Of a stretch of DNA of 53,882 bases, positions 18,757-27,385 are shown one piece after another. The notes beneath the pieces are model-generated. The model was not told where the DNA came from. It worked only from the letters and a program-made list of their open reading frames with translations, and ran no database searches. Origin of the DNA: an uncultured Clostridia bacterium (GTDB taxonomy: Bacteria > Bacillota > Clostridia > Christensenellales > Aristaeellaceae); contig CAMDVP010000001.1 in assembly GCA_945877525.1 (NCBI GenBank), positions 1 to 53,882 of the forward strand, read 5' to 3'. Position 1 is the first letter of the stretch. Each line of letters starts with the position of its first letter. Position numbers and translations under genes: made by a program.

Positions 18757-20148
18757 TTACTTCTGTTCGGTGCTTTCGTCCTCGTCATCGTCGTCGAGAT
18801 CGAGCTCGCTGTCCGCACGTCGCGCGGTGGGCTGATTCCTGCCTTTCAGGAAAATGACCGCGCCAACGACACCGATGCCCACAATGGCGAAAAGCGCGAG
18901 CAGCGCCGTGGTCTTGTCGGTCGTGGGCTGCGCAGGTGCCTGCGTCGGCTGCGGCGTTATCGCGGGAACCGTAGTCGGTTCAGGGGTCACATAAATGATC
19001 TCCGGCGTAGGCGTGGGCACGGCTTCCTTTTCTTCATCGGACATCAGCGCCAACAGGTCGCGCTCATCGACGAGGTTCAGGAAATACGTCTCGTACATCT
19101 CTGCATCCTCGTCAACCGGCTTGTCGTAGTCGATGACAAGATAGAAAGTATTGCCGTTCTTTGTTTGCAGCGTGATGAACTGCTTGTTGGTTGCCGCAGA
19201 GTACAGCACATCCAGTGTATGGCTGTTGCCGTCCGCCTGATATGGCATACCGGGGCCGATGGTGATGTACTCGGTCTTGATGATCGTCTCCGGCGTGGGT
19301 GCGGCGGTCGGCTCCGTCGTGGGATCAGGCTCGTCCTGCACATAGATGAGCGAGCTGCCCAGGCCGCTAAAGTGGTTGGACGCAGGCGTCGGCGTAGCTG
19401 TGGGTGCAGCAGTCGGCGTGGCTGTCGTCTCATCAGCCGGCTTCTTCGTCGGCTTCGGCGTAGCCGTCGGCACGGGCGTGGGGTCGGCGGGCTTTTCATA
19501 ATGCGGATTGGAAAGCGTGACCGGCTCGGAGAAGTTGCCCGCATAGTCAAAGGCACGGACAGCCAGCTTCTCAAACTGGTTCATGTTCTGATCCAGCTCC
19601 ACATTCAGTGTACCGTTGACCAGCGTGGTGAACAGCATACTGTTGACCTGCACACCGGCGACGCCGGACAGATCATCTTTGGCATCAACCTGAAGGGTCG
19701 TGCCGTTGATGGACGCGGTCAGCACCGGCGCTGTCAGGTCGATGCACGTCACCTCCGCGCTTTCCTCGAACGCATGTCCATGCGGATCGGTCACGCGCAG
19801 GGTGAAAGTGCCATTTTCGTGGAGCGTCAGCTCAGCGCGGCCATCTGCAAACAGGTTTTCGCAGTCCACCCAGTTGCCGTCATCCATCCGGTACTCGATT
19901 CTCTGCCAGCCCAGCCTGTCTTTGTCCGTGATGGACACCTTCATGACGGCTCCGTTGCCGCTTGTCCAGCCGCCCGGCGCAGTCAGGATGATTCTGTACG
20001 GCGAGACGCTTTCCATGGGCACCTCCGTGGGCGCAGGCGCACCCTCCGCGATAGCCAAAGCGGGCGAAAAAGCTGCTGCACATGCAGCCAGCAGAAGAAA
20101 TACCGCCATACCCAGCGGCAGAACACGCTTACACATCGTCATCATCAT
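18757..20148 (-). CDS. DUF4366/CD1107-family mobile-element surface protein (signal peptide, Ig-like domain, Pro/Thr linkers, C-terminal TM)
   Basis: FYLVIDYDKP...YFLNLVDERDLLALM core, PT-rich linkers, C-terminal TM ALLALFAIVGIGVVGAVIF and an acidic tail. Confidence 0.7.
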   Translation of the reverse strand: MMMTMCKRVLPLGMAVFLLLAACAAAFSPALAIAEGAPAPTEVPMESVSPYRIILTAPGGWTSGNGAVMKVSITDKDRLGWQRIEYRMDDGNWVDCENLFADGRAELTLHENGTFTLRVTDPHGHAFEESAEVTCIDLTAPVLTASINGTTLQVDAKDDLSGVAGVQVNSMLFTTLVNGTLNVELDQNMNQFEKLAVRAFDYAGNFSEPVTLSNPHYEKPADPTPVPTATPKPTKKPADETTATPTAAPTATPTPASNHFSGLGSSLIYVQDEPDPTTEPTAAPTPETIIKTEYITIGPGMPYQADGNSHTLDVLYSAATNKQFITLQTKNGNTFYLVIDYDKPVDEDAEMYETYFLNLVDERDLLALMSDEEKEAVPTPTPEIIYVTPEPTTVPAITPQPTQAPAQPTTDKTTALLALFAIVGIGVVGAVIFLKGRNQPTARRADSELDLDDDDEDESTEQK

Positions 20149-20455
20149 CCATCACCTCCTCATCAGGCAGCGTGGCAGGAGCATCTGCATCGGCAAGCGC
20201 AGCCTGCACATCTTTGGGCAGCTCAGGCACCAGCCTGTCCCCAAACATGGATTTCATGATTTCCGCGAGCTGCTCCGGGGTCACGTTGTACAGCTCCGCC
20301 GTCGCATGGATGGCCGTGCGGTCAGCCTGCTTGACAAGGCCGCGCAGGTCTTCCACCTCTGCCTGAAGCTCGATCAGCTCCTGCTCCCGTCTGTCAAGCA
20401 GCGCATGGAGCTTCTGTCGGTCGGCGGGATAGCGCTTCTTTTTCTTTTCAGTCAT
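20129..20455 (-). CDS. DUF4315-like coiled-coil protein
   Basis: 108 aa with a coiled-coil N-terminus and acidic tail. SD is AAGGAGGAACC. It overlaps the next gene by 20 nt. Confidence 0.55.
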   Translation of the reverse strand: MTEKKKKRYPADRQKLHALLDRREQELIELQAEVEDLRGLVKQADRTAIHATAELYNVTPEQLAEIMKSMFGDRLVPELPKDVQAALADADAPATLPDEEVMDDDDDV

Positions 20456-20464
20456 GGTTCCTCC

Positions 20465-21163
20465 TTAAAGTGGCAGGCGGCCAAAGCCATACAGTCGCTT
20501 GGACCATTTTTCGCTTTTCAGGTCGGCAAAACCGACCGGGTCGCCTGCGTGAATCATCATGTCATTGCCCACATAGATGCCTACATGGGTGATGCCCTTG
20601 ACATCCGCGCCCATTGTTTTCTCGAAAAAAACGAGATCGCCGGGGCGCGCGTCCTCCTTGCTGACATCGCTGCACAGGGAGTAGAGCCCATTGGCGCCCA
20701 TCCGCCCTACGTCACATACACCGGATTTACAGAATACCCAGCAGACGAAGCCGGAACAGTCAAAGCCGGTATCGGGATTGCTGGCACCGTATACATAGGG
20801 ATAGCCGATGTACTTCTCTGCTTCAACCATCAGGGCAAGGAAATCGGGATCGGCCCGAAGAAGCTGCTCCGGTATGGTGTAGTTGACCAGCTTGTATTTG
20901 GACTGCACACCGCGAATCTTCACGTTAGTTTTGCCAACCGAGGAAATCACGGGGATGTCATCGTCTTCAACGCCCATGAAATACTGAGGGTCTTCCAGAA
21001 TCACGGATTCGCCGTTCCAGTTGTCCATGTCAAAGGTGCTTAAATCTTCCGCCGCTGCGCTCCGAACGGAGAGAAACAGGGAAAGCAGGAACAGCGCTGC
21101 GATGGCAGCGATCACCTGGCGGGCGATGGTCACAGTGCGGTTTTCGTTGTTCCGATTCATCAT
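20465..21163 (-). CDS. Secreted NlpC/P60 (C40) cell-wall hydrolase
   Basis: GYPYVYGASNPDTGFDCSGFV (catalytic Cys) and ITHVGIYVG (His), with an N-terminal signal/TM segment. ATG at 21163 follows AAAGGAG. Confidence 0.85.
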   Translation of the reverse strand: MMNRNNENRTVTIARQVIAAIAALFLLSLFLSVRSAAAEDLSTFDMDNWNGESVILEDPQYFMGVEDDDIPVISSVGKTNVKIRGVQSKYKLVNYTIPEQLLRADPDFLALMVEAEKYIGYPYVYGASNPDTGFDCSGFVCWVFCKSGVCDVGRMGANGLYSLCSDVSKEDARPGDLVFFEKTMGADVKGITHVGIYVGNDMMIHAGDPVGFADLKSEKWSKRLYGFGRLPL

Positions 21164-21235
21164 CAATGGGATACTCCTTTCTTATCTGTGCATGGAAAAG
21201 GAGCCCTGCAGATGCAAGGCCCCTTGTATCGATCA

Positions 21236-23215
21236 TCAGTTGGGTACTCGTCCAAACGAGTGGAAATGCGTCTGCCAATAGGCATCGCTGAGATCGGCAT
21301 AGCCGATGGGGTTGCCGCAGTGCAGCATCATCCCGTTGCCCACATAGATGCCGCAATGCGTGATTCCAGCGACATCCGCGCCCATCGTGCCTTCAAAAAA
21401 CACGATGTCTCCGGGCTTCGCCTGGTCATCCGGCACGGTGCGGCACAGGCTGCGCAGCCCCTTGGCTCCCAGCCTGCCGGTGTTGTAAACACCGCTGTTT
21501 GTGAATACATACGAGACAAAGCCGGAGCAGTCAAAGCTGGTTTCCGGGCTTGCACCGCCCCAGACATAGGGATAGCCGATGTACTTGGTTGCCTCCTCCA
21601 TCAGCGCGGCGAATGAAGGATCGGCATCCAGGGTTTCCTGCGGAATGTCGTAGAGGGTTGGGTCGCGGAGTGGTACTGCATACGGGTTGCCGGAGAAGAT
21701 GCCCTCCATATTGCCATGCGAGGCCATGTACAGCGCGTACATGCCCATGGTGTGATGGCTCATGCTGACAACCGGCAGATGGGAGAGGTTCTTGTTTTCC
21801 AGCTTCACGTTGCAGATGCTGTACGCATAGGGCACCTGCACGTCATAGGTGTACGTTTCAGTGTGCTGCTGCCCGGTGACAGGGTCGGTCACGATGCGTG
21901 TGCCGGTTCTCGTCTCCGTCCGGTATCGGGTTTCCGTTGAGACGGTCTGGGTCACAACGTATTGCAGATCGAAATATTTCTCAATGACCGGATAAGCCGA
22001 ATCCAGCGTCCAATCCTGCCCGTCGTAATACGCGGAAATGATGGCGATGAGCACATAGGGATCATGCCAGATTTCATCGGCATCCACATGGTATTCGTCA
22101 TAGCCGGGATGGTACTGCTCATAGCGATCCATTTCGTCCTGAAGCTCCCGCTCCTTGGCCGCAAAGGCGCGCTCCGCGGCGCGCACATCGTCCTCCGTCG
22201 CCGGATAGGTGCCGATGATGAGCGATTCCAGCACCGATTGCGCTAGCGGCGTGCAGGATTGCAGACTGCCCATGAGGATCAGCAGCATTCCACACAGGAG
22301 GAGAATCATCAGGGAGGACGGATGGCTTTGGAAGAACTCTGCCATCCGTCCCGTGACATTACCCGCTCCGCGAACGGTCTTGCCCGTGGCAGCGGCGCTT
22401 TTTCCTGCGTCGCTCACGGCATTACCGGCAGCCTTCATCGCGGCGTATTCCTTGCGAATGGCGCGCTTTTGCTGCCAGCGGGACAGCGGGTTGCTGGTGA
22501 ATTGCGGATTCTCCGCTCGCTGTTTGGCCTCCAGATACCGAATGTTGGCTTCATCCAGCGCACGTTCAGCCTTTTGCGCCTGCTGATAGGGACGCAGCTT
22601 GTGCGCATGATAGGCATGTTCGCCCATCTGCAAGGCGGAGGTATTGAGCCTGTCGCCCTGCAGCCCCGCGCTTACCGCAGCATTGTCATCCTCATTGGCC
22701 TCCGCAAGCTGCTGGTGCAGCTGCTCATGCGCCGATTCTATCGGACGGTGAACAGGATGCCGGAGACGGGAGGGCGGCTTTGCCTCGGTTTCCTCAAAAC
22801 GGAGACGGAGTTTCTTTTTCCTGGCATGGGGCGCAGAAGCATTGCCCGTCTCTGCTGTTCGTGTCGCCGGACACGCGGAAATGGGCACTTTCCCGGAGGG
22901 GTTTGCGCCAGCGGGAGAGCGTCCACCCTTTGCTGCCTGTTTCTTCTGCTGGGAAGGCTCAGGGGATGGTGATGCCGGTTCATGCAGTTCAGCCGCATCC
23001 ACTTCACTCTGCTGAATGGCACTCTGCTCGGTTTGAACCTCCTCGGCGGTCAGTTTCAGGCGGCGCTTTTGCAGCGTCTTTTTAGCCTCATCGTATCGGT
23101 CGGCAGCTTTTTCTGCCTTTTCCGCCTTTTTTGCCAGCTTCGGGTTTTCCAGCTCCTCCTTCGAGAAGCGAAGCCGGGGAGAATCGCGGTTATGGAGTTC
23201 ACTCAATTCAATCAC
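21236..23215 (-). CDS. CD1108-like membrane protein with C-terminal NlpC/P60 hydrolase domain
   Basis: Charged coiled-coil N-terminus, TM segment SSLMILLLCGMLLILMG, and C-terminal GYPYVWGGASPETSFDCSGFV...ITHCGIYVG. The start is uncertain: GTG at 23215 abuts the SD, and TTG at 23206 is better spaced. Confidence 0.8.
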   Translation of the reverse strand: MIELSELHNRDSPRLRFSKEELENPKLAKKAEKAEKAADRYDEAKKTLQKRRLKLTAEEVQTEQSAIQQSEVDAAELHEPASPSPEPSQQKKQAAKGGRSPAGANPSGKVPISACPATRTAETGNASAPHARKKKLRLRFEETEAKPPSRLRHPVHRPIESAHEQLHQQLAEANEDDNAAVSAGLQGDRLNTSALQMGEHAYHAHKLRPYQQAQKAERALDEANIRYLEAKQRAENPQFTSNPLSRWQQKRAIRKEYAAMKAAGNAVSDAGKSAAATGKTVRGAGNVTGRMAEFFQSHPSSLMILLLCGMLLILMGSLQSCTPLAQSVLESLIIGTYPATEDDVRAAERAFAAKERELQDEMDRYEQYHPGYDEYHVDADEIWHDPYVLIAIISAYYDGQDWTLDSAYPVIEKYFDLQYVVTQTVSTETRYRTETRTGTRIVTDPVTGQQHTETYTYDVQVPYAYSICNVKLENKNLSHLPVVSMSHHTMGMYALYMASHGNMEGIFSGNPYAVPLRDPTLYDIPQETLDADPSFAALMEEATKYIGYPYVWGGASPETSFDCSGFVSYVFTNSGVYNTGRLGAKGLRSLCRTVPDDQAKPGDIVFFEGTMGADVAGITHCGIYVGNGMMLHCGNPIGYADLSDAYWQTHFHSFGRVPN

Positions 23216-23227
23216 CTCCTTGGAACA

Positions 23228-25627
23228 TCACGACGCATTGACCTCCGTAGGCTTCGTCGTCATGATGCTGTACAGCTTGGTATTCTTCGGGAACCGATCC
23301 TGGAAAGGCAGAATGACGTTGCCGTAGAACAGCAGGCCCTCGCCTTCGCCGCTCTGGGTGACATAGGACAGCTGATGCGGGGAAATGCCCAGCTTCTTTG
23401 CCAGAATCTCACGATCACCCGCCGCCTGGTTGAGCATGTAGATGTAGTCGCTGTTCTCGAAGATGTTCTCGATTTCCTGACTGGCCAGAAGATCTTTCAC
23501 GTTCTGCGTGATGCCCGTCGGGATGCCACCCCACTTTCGGAATCTCTTCCAGATTTCCACGGAGTATGCCGACGTCTGCTCTTCTTTGAGCAGCAAGTGG
23601 AACTCGTCCATGTAGTACCGGGTGGATTTGCCTTCAGCGCGGTTGGCGGTGACGCGGCCCCATACCTGATCCTGCACGATGAGCATACCCAGCTTCTTGA
23701 GCTGCTTGCCCAGCTCCTTGATGTCGTAGCAGACCAGCCGGTTGTTCACGTCCACGTTGGTACGATGGTTGAACACATTCAGGGAGCCGGTCACGTAGAT
23801 TTCCAGCGCAGTGGCCAGCGTCTGCGCTTCCTTTTCCTCCTGCTCTCTCAGGGCGTTGTACAGATCCTCCAGAATGGGGATGTTCTCCGGCCTCGGGTCG
23901 CTCAGGTAGGGCTGATAGATGATGTGCACCGCACGGTCGATGATGGTCTTCTCAATGGGCTGCAGTCCGTCGCGCCCGCCGACGATCAGCTCGCACAGCG
24001 ATAAAATGAAATCGGACTTGAGCGCCAGCGGATTGTCATCATCACTGTAGTTGAGGTTGATATCCATCGGGTTGATGTAGCTGTTGCTGGACGGGGAAAT
24101 GCGAATCACCTGTCCGCGGAATGTCTTGACCAGAGGGTAATACTCGCCCTCGGGATCACAGATGATGATGTCATCATCGGTCAGCAGAATGACGTTGCAG
24201 ATCTCGCGCTTTGCCGCAAACGATTTGCCGGAGCCCGGCGTGCCCAGAATCAGGCCGTTCGGATTCTTCAGCTTCTTGCGATCCACCATGATCAGGTTGT
24301 GGGACAGGGCGTTCAGCCCGCAGTACAGCGCCTCGCCGCCGGACTGGAACAATTCCTGCGAGGTGAAGGGTATGAAGATCGCGGTGGACGAGGTCGTCAG
24401 CCCGCGTTGAATGCTGATTTTGTTGAGGCCAAGCGGCAGGCAGGATACCATGCCGTTTTCCTGCTGAAAATCCAGCGGTATCAGCTGGCAGTTGTGCTGC
24501 TGGGCAAGGCTCTGCGCCTGTTTGACATTGAGCGCAAGCTGCTTCTTATTGTCCGCCGTATTCATCACCAGGAAGGTGATGAGGAACATGCGCTCGTTGC
24601 GGCTCTGCAAATCTTCCAGCAGCTTCTTTGCTTCGCCGCCGTAGGTGGCCAGATCGGACGGAATAATGTCCATGTCATATCCGGCACGGACGGCCTTCTT
24701 CTGTTCCTCGATCTTCATCTTATCGAGGTCGGTGATCTTGCGCTTCACATCCCGTATGGCCGCCACCTGGTCGATGGCCTGAATGTGCAGGGACACGACG
24801 AGGCTGGATTCCATGGCGAGGAAGTCCGCAAGGCAGCGGTCGTTGAGATCAGAAGCCAGAATCGAAAAGAAACTGACTGCCGCTTGCTTCTTTCCCATGC
24901 CAAAGCTGCGCTTTTCGCGGAAATCAAAGCTGGACGGCGCGATGAAGTCCTTGGTGGACAGGCCGGAGGGCGGCAGCCACTTCCAGTCGAACAGGAAAGG
25001 TGCCTGGGTGTCCATGTGGAACATATCGTGCATCAGCTTCAGCCGCTCATGCCCGTCAAGCGGAGATGCCGAAACTCCCAGCCGCTTGAAGTTGTTCAGC
25101 AGGTCGATCTCTATGCGCTCCAGCCTCGGCTTTGCGGTCTTGATGTTCTCCGCGTTCACCCCGAAGGTGATGTACTTGGTCTTGGTCAGACCGTTGTTGC
25201 CCTTAGCCTGTTGGTTCTGCAGCATTTCCGCATACTCGTGGCGGATTTCATTGTTACCGTCATCCCTGTCGGGAATCAGAATGCTCTGCTCAAAGGCTTC
25301 CGAGCCGGCAGTCAGATCAAGGAACGAAAACTGCAGGTGAATGCTGCTGTCGAAATAATTGAGGAAATCGCACCAGCCCTCGAAGATCGCCGTCTTATCA
25401 TCGTTCTGCGCGAGCTGATAATTGATGTCCTGAAACTGGATGGTCTTGGTGTAATACTGATCCGTGACGCGGCAGATGCCGTCCGGCCACATGCGCTGAT
25501 AGGGAATGGTGTCCTGTGCGGTATGCGGCCCCTTCTTGCCCTTCTGCTGATTCCGGGCCATGAGCGCCTTGAGCTGCTGCTTTTCTGCGCGCGTCAGCTT
25601 GATCTTCTTAGTGTGGTGATTTACCAT
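23228..25627 (-). CDS. virB4: VirB4-like conjugal transfer ATPase (CD1110 family)
   Basis: 799 aa with Walker A GTPGSGKSF and Walker B-like IIICDPEGEY. Its position next to PrgI and the VirB6-like gene fits. Confidence 0.9.
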   Translation of the reverse strand: MVNHHTKKIKLTRAEKQQLKALMARNQQKGKKGPHTAQDTIPYQRMWPDGICRVTDQYYTKTIQFQDINYQLAQNDDKTAIFEGWCDFLNYFDSSIHLQFSFLDLTAGSEAFEQSILIPDRDDGNNEIRHEYAEMLQNQQAKGNNGLTKTKYITFGVNAENIKTAKPRLERIEIDLLNNFKRLGVSASPLDGHERLKLMHDMFHMDTQAPFLFDWKWLPPSGLSTKDFIAPSSFDFREKRSFGMGKKQAAVSFFSILASDLNDRCLADFLAMESSLVVSLHIQAIDQVAAIRDVKRKITDLDKMKIEEQKKAVRAGYDMDIIPSDLATYGGEAKKLLEDLQSRNERMFLITFLVMNTADNKKQLALNVKQAQSLAQQHNCQLIPLDFQQENGMVSCLPLGLNKISIQRGLTTSSTAIFIPFTSQELFQSGGEALYCGLNALSHNLIMVDRKKLKNPNGLILGTPGSGKSFAAKREICNVILLTDDDIIICDPEGEYYPLVKTFRGQVIRISPSSNSYINPMDINLNYSDDDNPLALKSDFILSLCELIVGGRDGLQPIEKTIIDRAVHIIYQPYLSDPRPENIPILEDLYNALREQEEKEAQTLATALEIYVTGSLNVFNHRTNVDVNNRLVCYDIKELGKQLKKLGMLIVQDQVWGRVTANRAEGKSTRYYMDEFHLLLKEEQTSAYSVEIWKRFRKWGGIPTGITQNVKDLLASQEIENIFENSDYIYMLNQAAGDREILAKKLGISPHQLSYVTQSGEGEGLLFYGNVILPFQDRFPKNTKLYSIMTTKPTEVNAS

Positions 25628-25985
25628 GAAGGATTTTCTTCACCTCCCGCCTTGTGCGGATATTCTGGTCGATGGTTGCGTAGAAGTTTTCGGTCTGGTA
25701 CACCCGCGTGCGAGGACGGATGAAGCGCGCCTGAATGTAGTGCTGCAGGAGCACCTCAAGCGGCTGCCCATGCTGCTCATAGATGGCGAACATGAAAAAA
25801 GGCATCATAGCCGCGATCATGATCAATGCGGCCATGCTGGGACCCATGGTGTCCTTGGTCAGAAAAAACAAAGGCACGCCGACGAGCGCGCCCAGACCGA
25901 AGCAAAAGACCTGACGCTTGGTCAGGTTGAACAGGAACTTGGTTTTGACCCTTGTCAGGTCCTTGGGAACAGGCACATATGCCAT
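25608..25985 (-). CDS. PrgI-family membrane protein
   Basis: MAYVPVPKDLTRVKTKFLFNLTKRQ followed by two TM segments. ATG at 25985 follows AAGGAGA; the track start at 26027 lacks an SD. Confidence 0.75.
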   Translation of the reverse strand: MAYVPVPKDLTRVKTKFLFNLTKRQVFCFGLGALVGVPLFFLTKDTMGPSMAALIMIAAMMPFFMFAIYEQHGQPLEVLLQHYIQARFIRPRTRVYQTENFYATIDQNIRTRREVKKILHGKSPH

Positions 25986-26197
25986 GATGATTCTCCTTTC
26001 CTGCAGCGAAGGTTTTGCTGCTGCCAACTGCGATGAACAGGCTGAAAGGGCATGGACCGTCTTTGCGGCAGATGCTTGCCAGTCTGACTGCGGCTTCCCT
26101 GCCGCTTGGGCTTGCGCTTTCGCAGTACGTTGTGCCGCTTCCGGCTTTGACTTTCCGGTGTATGGGCAGCGGATGAATGGTTTCTGTTGTAGCTCAT
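25955..26197 (-). CDS. Possible small, highly basic protein (80 aa)
   Basis: ATG at 26197 lies 6 nt after GAGGAG and 20 nt after the VirB6-like stop. The product is Arg/Lys-rich low complexity and overlaps the prgI start by 31 nt. Confidence 0.3.
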   Translation of the reverse strand: MSYNRNHSSAAHTPESQSRKRHNVLRKRKPKRQGSRSQTGKHLPQRRSMPFQPVHRSWQQQNLRCRKGESSWHMCLFPRT

Positions 26198-26216
26198 GGT
26201 GTTCTCCTCATGAGGC

Positions 26217-27086
26217 TCAATGGGCATTGAAGATCGATTTTGCGACGCTGCTGCTCTTAAACAGCGTGAAGCACAGCAGCACTGTATACCCGATGCACGT
26301 CCAGAGCGCCGTGCTCACATCGCTGTCCACGCTGATGTTTTGCACCAGTACCGCATAGATACCGACGCAGACCATGATGAGAAACGCCTGAAAGCCCAGC
26401 GCAAACAGGGAGCGCAGATAGTTCTGTCCCATCTGTCCCCACTCGCGGTTGACCATGGTTGCCATCGGGATGGGCGCGACCGAGGTGATCATGTAGATTT
26501 CGATCATTCGCCCATAGGTGATGATGAAGATGCAGATGCTCAGCGCCCAGGCGATGATGCCGATCAGAGAGGATTGGAACCACAGACCGAACAGCGGCCC
26601 GATGTCCATATCCATGAGCCGGGCTTCGATATCGCCCATCAGCTCGCTGACGTTCATCGCGGTGTCGCCGATGATGACGCCCGCCGCCTGGTTGACCACA
26701 TGCTGCGCCACGTCAAACACGCCCATGACGATGTTCCAGGTATTCGTCACGATGAGCACCGCAGCGAAGGTCTTGAACACCCACTTGAAGAAGATGAACG
26801 TGTCGAAATCGTGCATGTTGTTGCGGTCAATCAGCATCTGGATCAGCTCCAGGCACATGACGAAGGTCAGGATGATGCCGGCGATGGGAACCATGACGTT
26901 CTCGGACAGACTTTTGATCATGCCGAAGATGCTGCCATTCCACGCCTGCGGAGAAGCGCCTACTGTTCCGGCGACATCCGCCACTTGGGAATTGATGCTG
27001 TCAAACAGCCCTGACAGGTTGCTGACCACGCCGCCAACCAGCAGCTCTTTAAGCCATTCAGTGATTTTGTCCCAGATAAAGTTCAA
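26217..27086 (-). CDS. VirB6/TrbL-like polytopic membrane protein (CD1112 family)
   Basis: 289 aa with at least five TM segments. TTG start follows AAAGGAGGG at about 9-nt spacing. Confidence 0.7.
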   Translation of the reverse strand: MNFIWDKITEWLKELLVGGVVSNLSGLFDSINSQVADVAGTVGASPQAWNGSIFGMIKSLSENVMVPIAGIILTFVMCLELIQMLIDRNNMHDFDTFIFFKWVFKTFAAVLIVTNTWNIVMGVFDVAQHVVNQAAGVIIGDTAMNVSELMGDIEARLMDMDIGPLFGLWFQSSLIGIIAWALSICIFIITYGRMIEIYMITSVAPIPMATMVNREWGQMGQNYLRSLFALGFQAFLIMVCVGIYAVLVQNISVDSDVSTALWTCIGYTVLLCFTLFKSSSVAKSIFNAH

Positions 27087-27105
27087 AGGGGCATCCCTCC
27101 TTTGC

Positions 27106-27133
27106 GCCCTCTCCCGGAACCCCGGGAGAGGGC
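27106..27133 (-). promoter_or_regulatory. Perfect 12-bp GC-rich stem-loop between the Maff2 and VirB6-like genes
   Basis: GCCCTCTCCCGG-aacc-CCGGGAGAGGGC. No U-tract follows on the minus strand; the next gene's SD follows immediately. Confidence 0.6.
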
Positions 27134-27153
27134 AAAAGACTGGTTGGTGTGCA

Positions 27154-27369
27154 TCAGCCGAAGAGGCCGGAGAGCAGCGGGACGAGGGTCGTGCCGATCA
27201 GGGCCACGCCGCCGCCCGCCATGAGCTGCTTCATGCCCTGGGACTTCGCGCCGGGGTTGTCATTGCCATAACCTTCGAGCAGGTTGATTACGCCCCAGAT
27301 ACCAAGGCCAGCGCCGATGGCGATCACGAGGGTCTGGAGAACGGTGATTGCAGAATTGAAAAAAGCCAT
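27154..27369 (-). CDS. Maff2-family small membrane protein
   Basis: MAFFNS...GAGLGIWGVINLLEGYGNDNPGAKSQGMKQLMAGGG. ATG at 27369 follows GGAGG. Confidence 0.8.
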   Translation of the reverse strand: MAFFNSAITVLQTLVIAIGAGLGIWGVINLLEGYGNDNPGAKSQGMKQLMAGGGVALIGTTLVPLLSGLFG

Positions 27370-27385
27370 AGAATACCTCCGTATA

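Noticed and set aside
17209-20259. A 1,016-aa plus-strand ORF antisense to topB and the DUF4366 gene.
   Set aside because: It runs antisense across two unrelated, well-supported genes and their intergenic gap. The composition is low-complexity and Arg-rich, and no SD was seen. I treat it as a G+C artefact.
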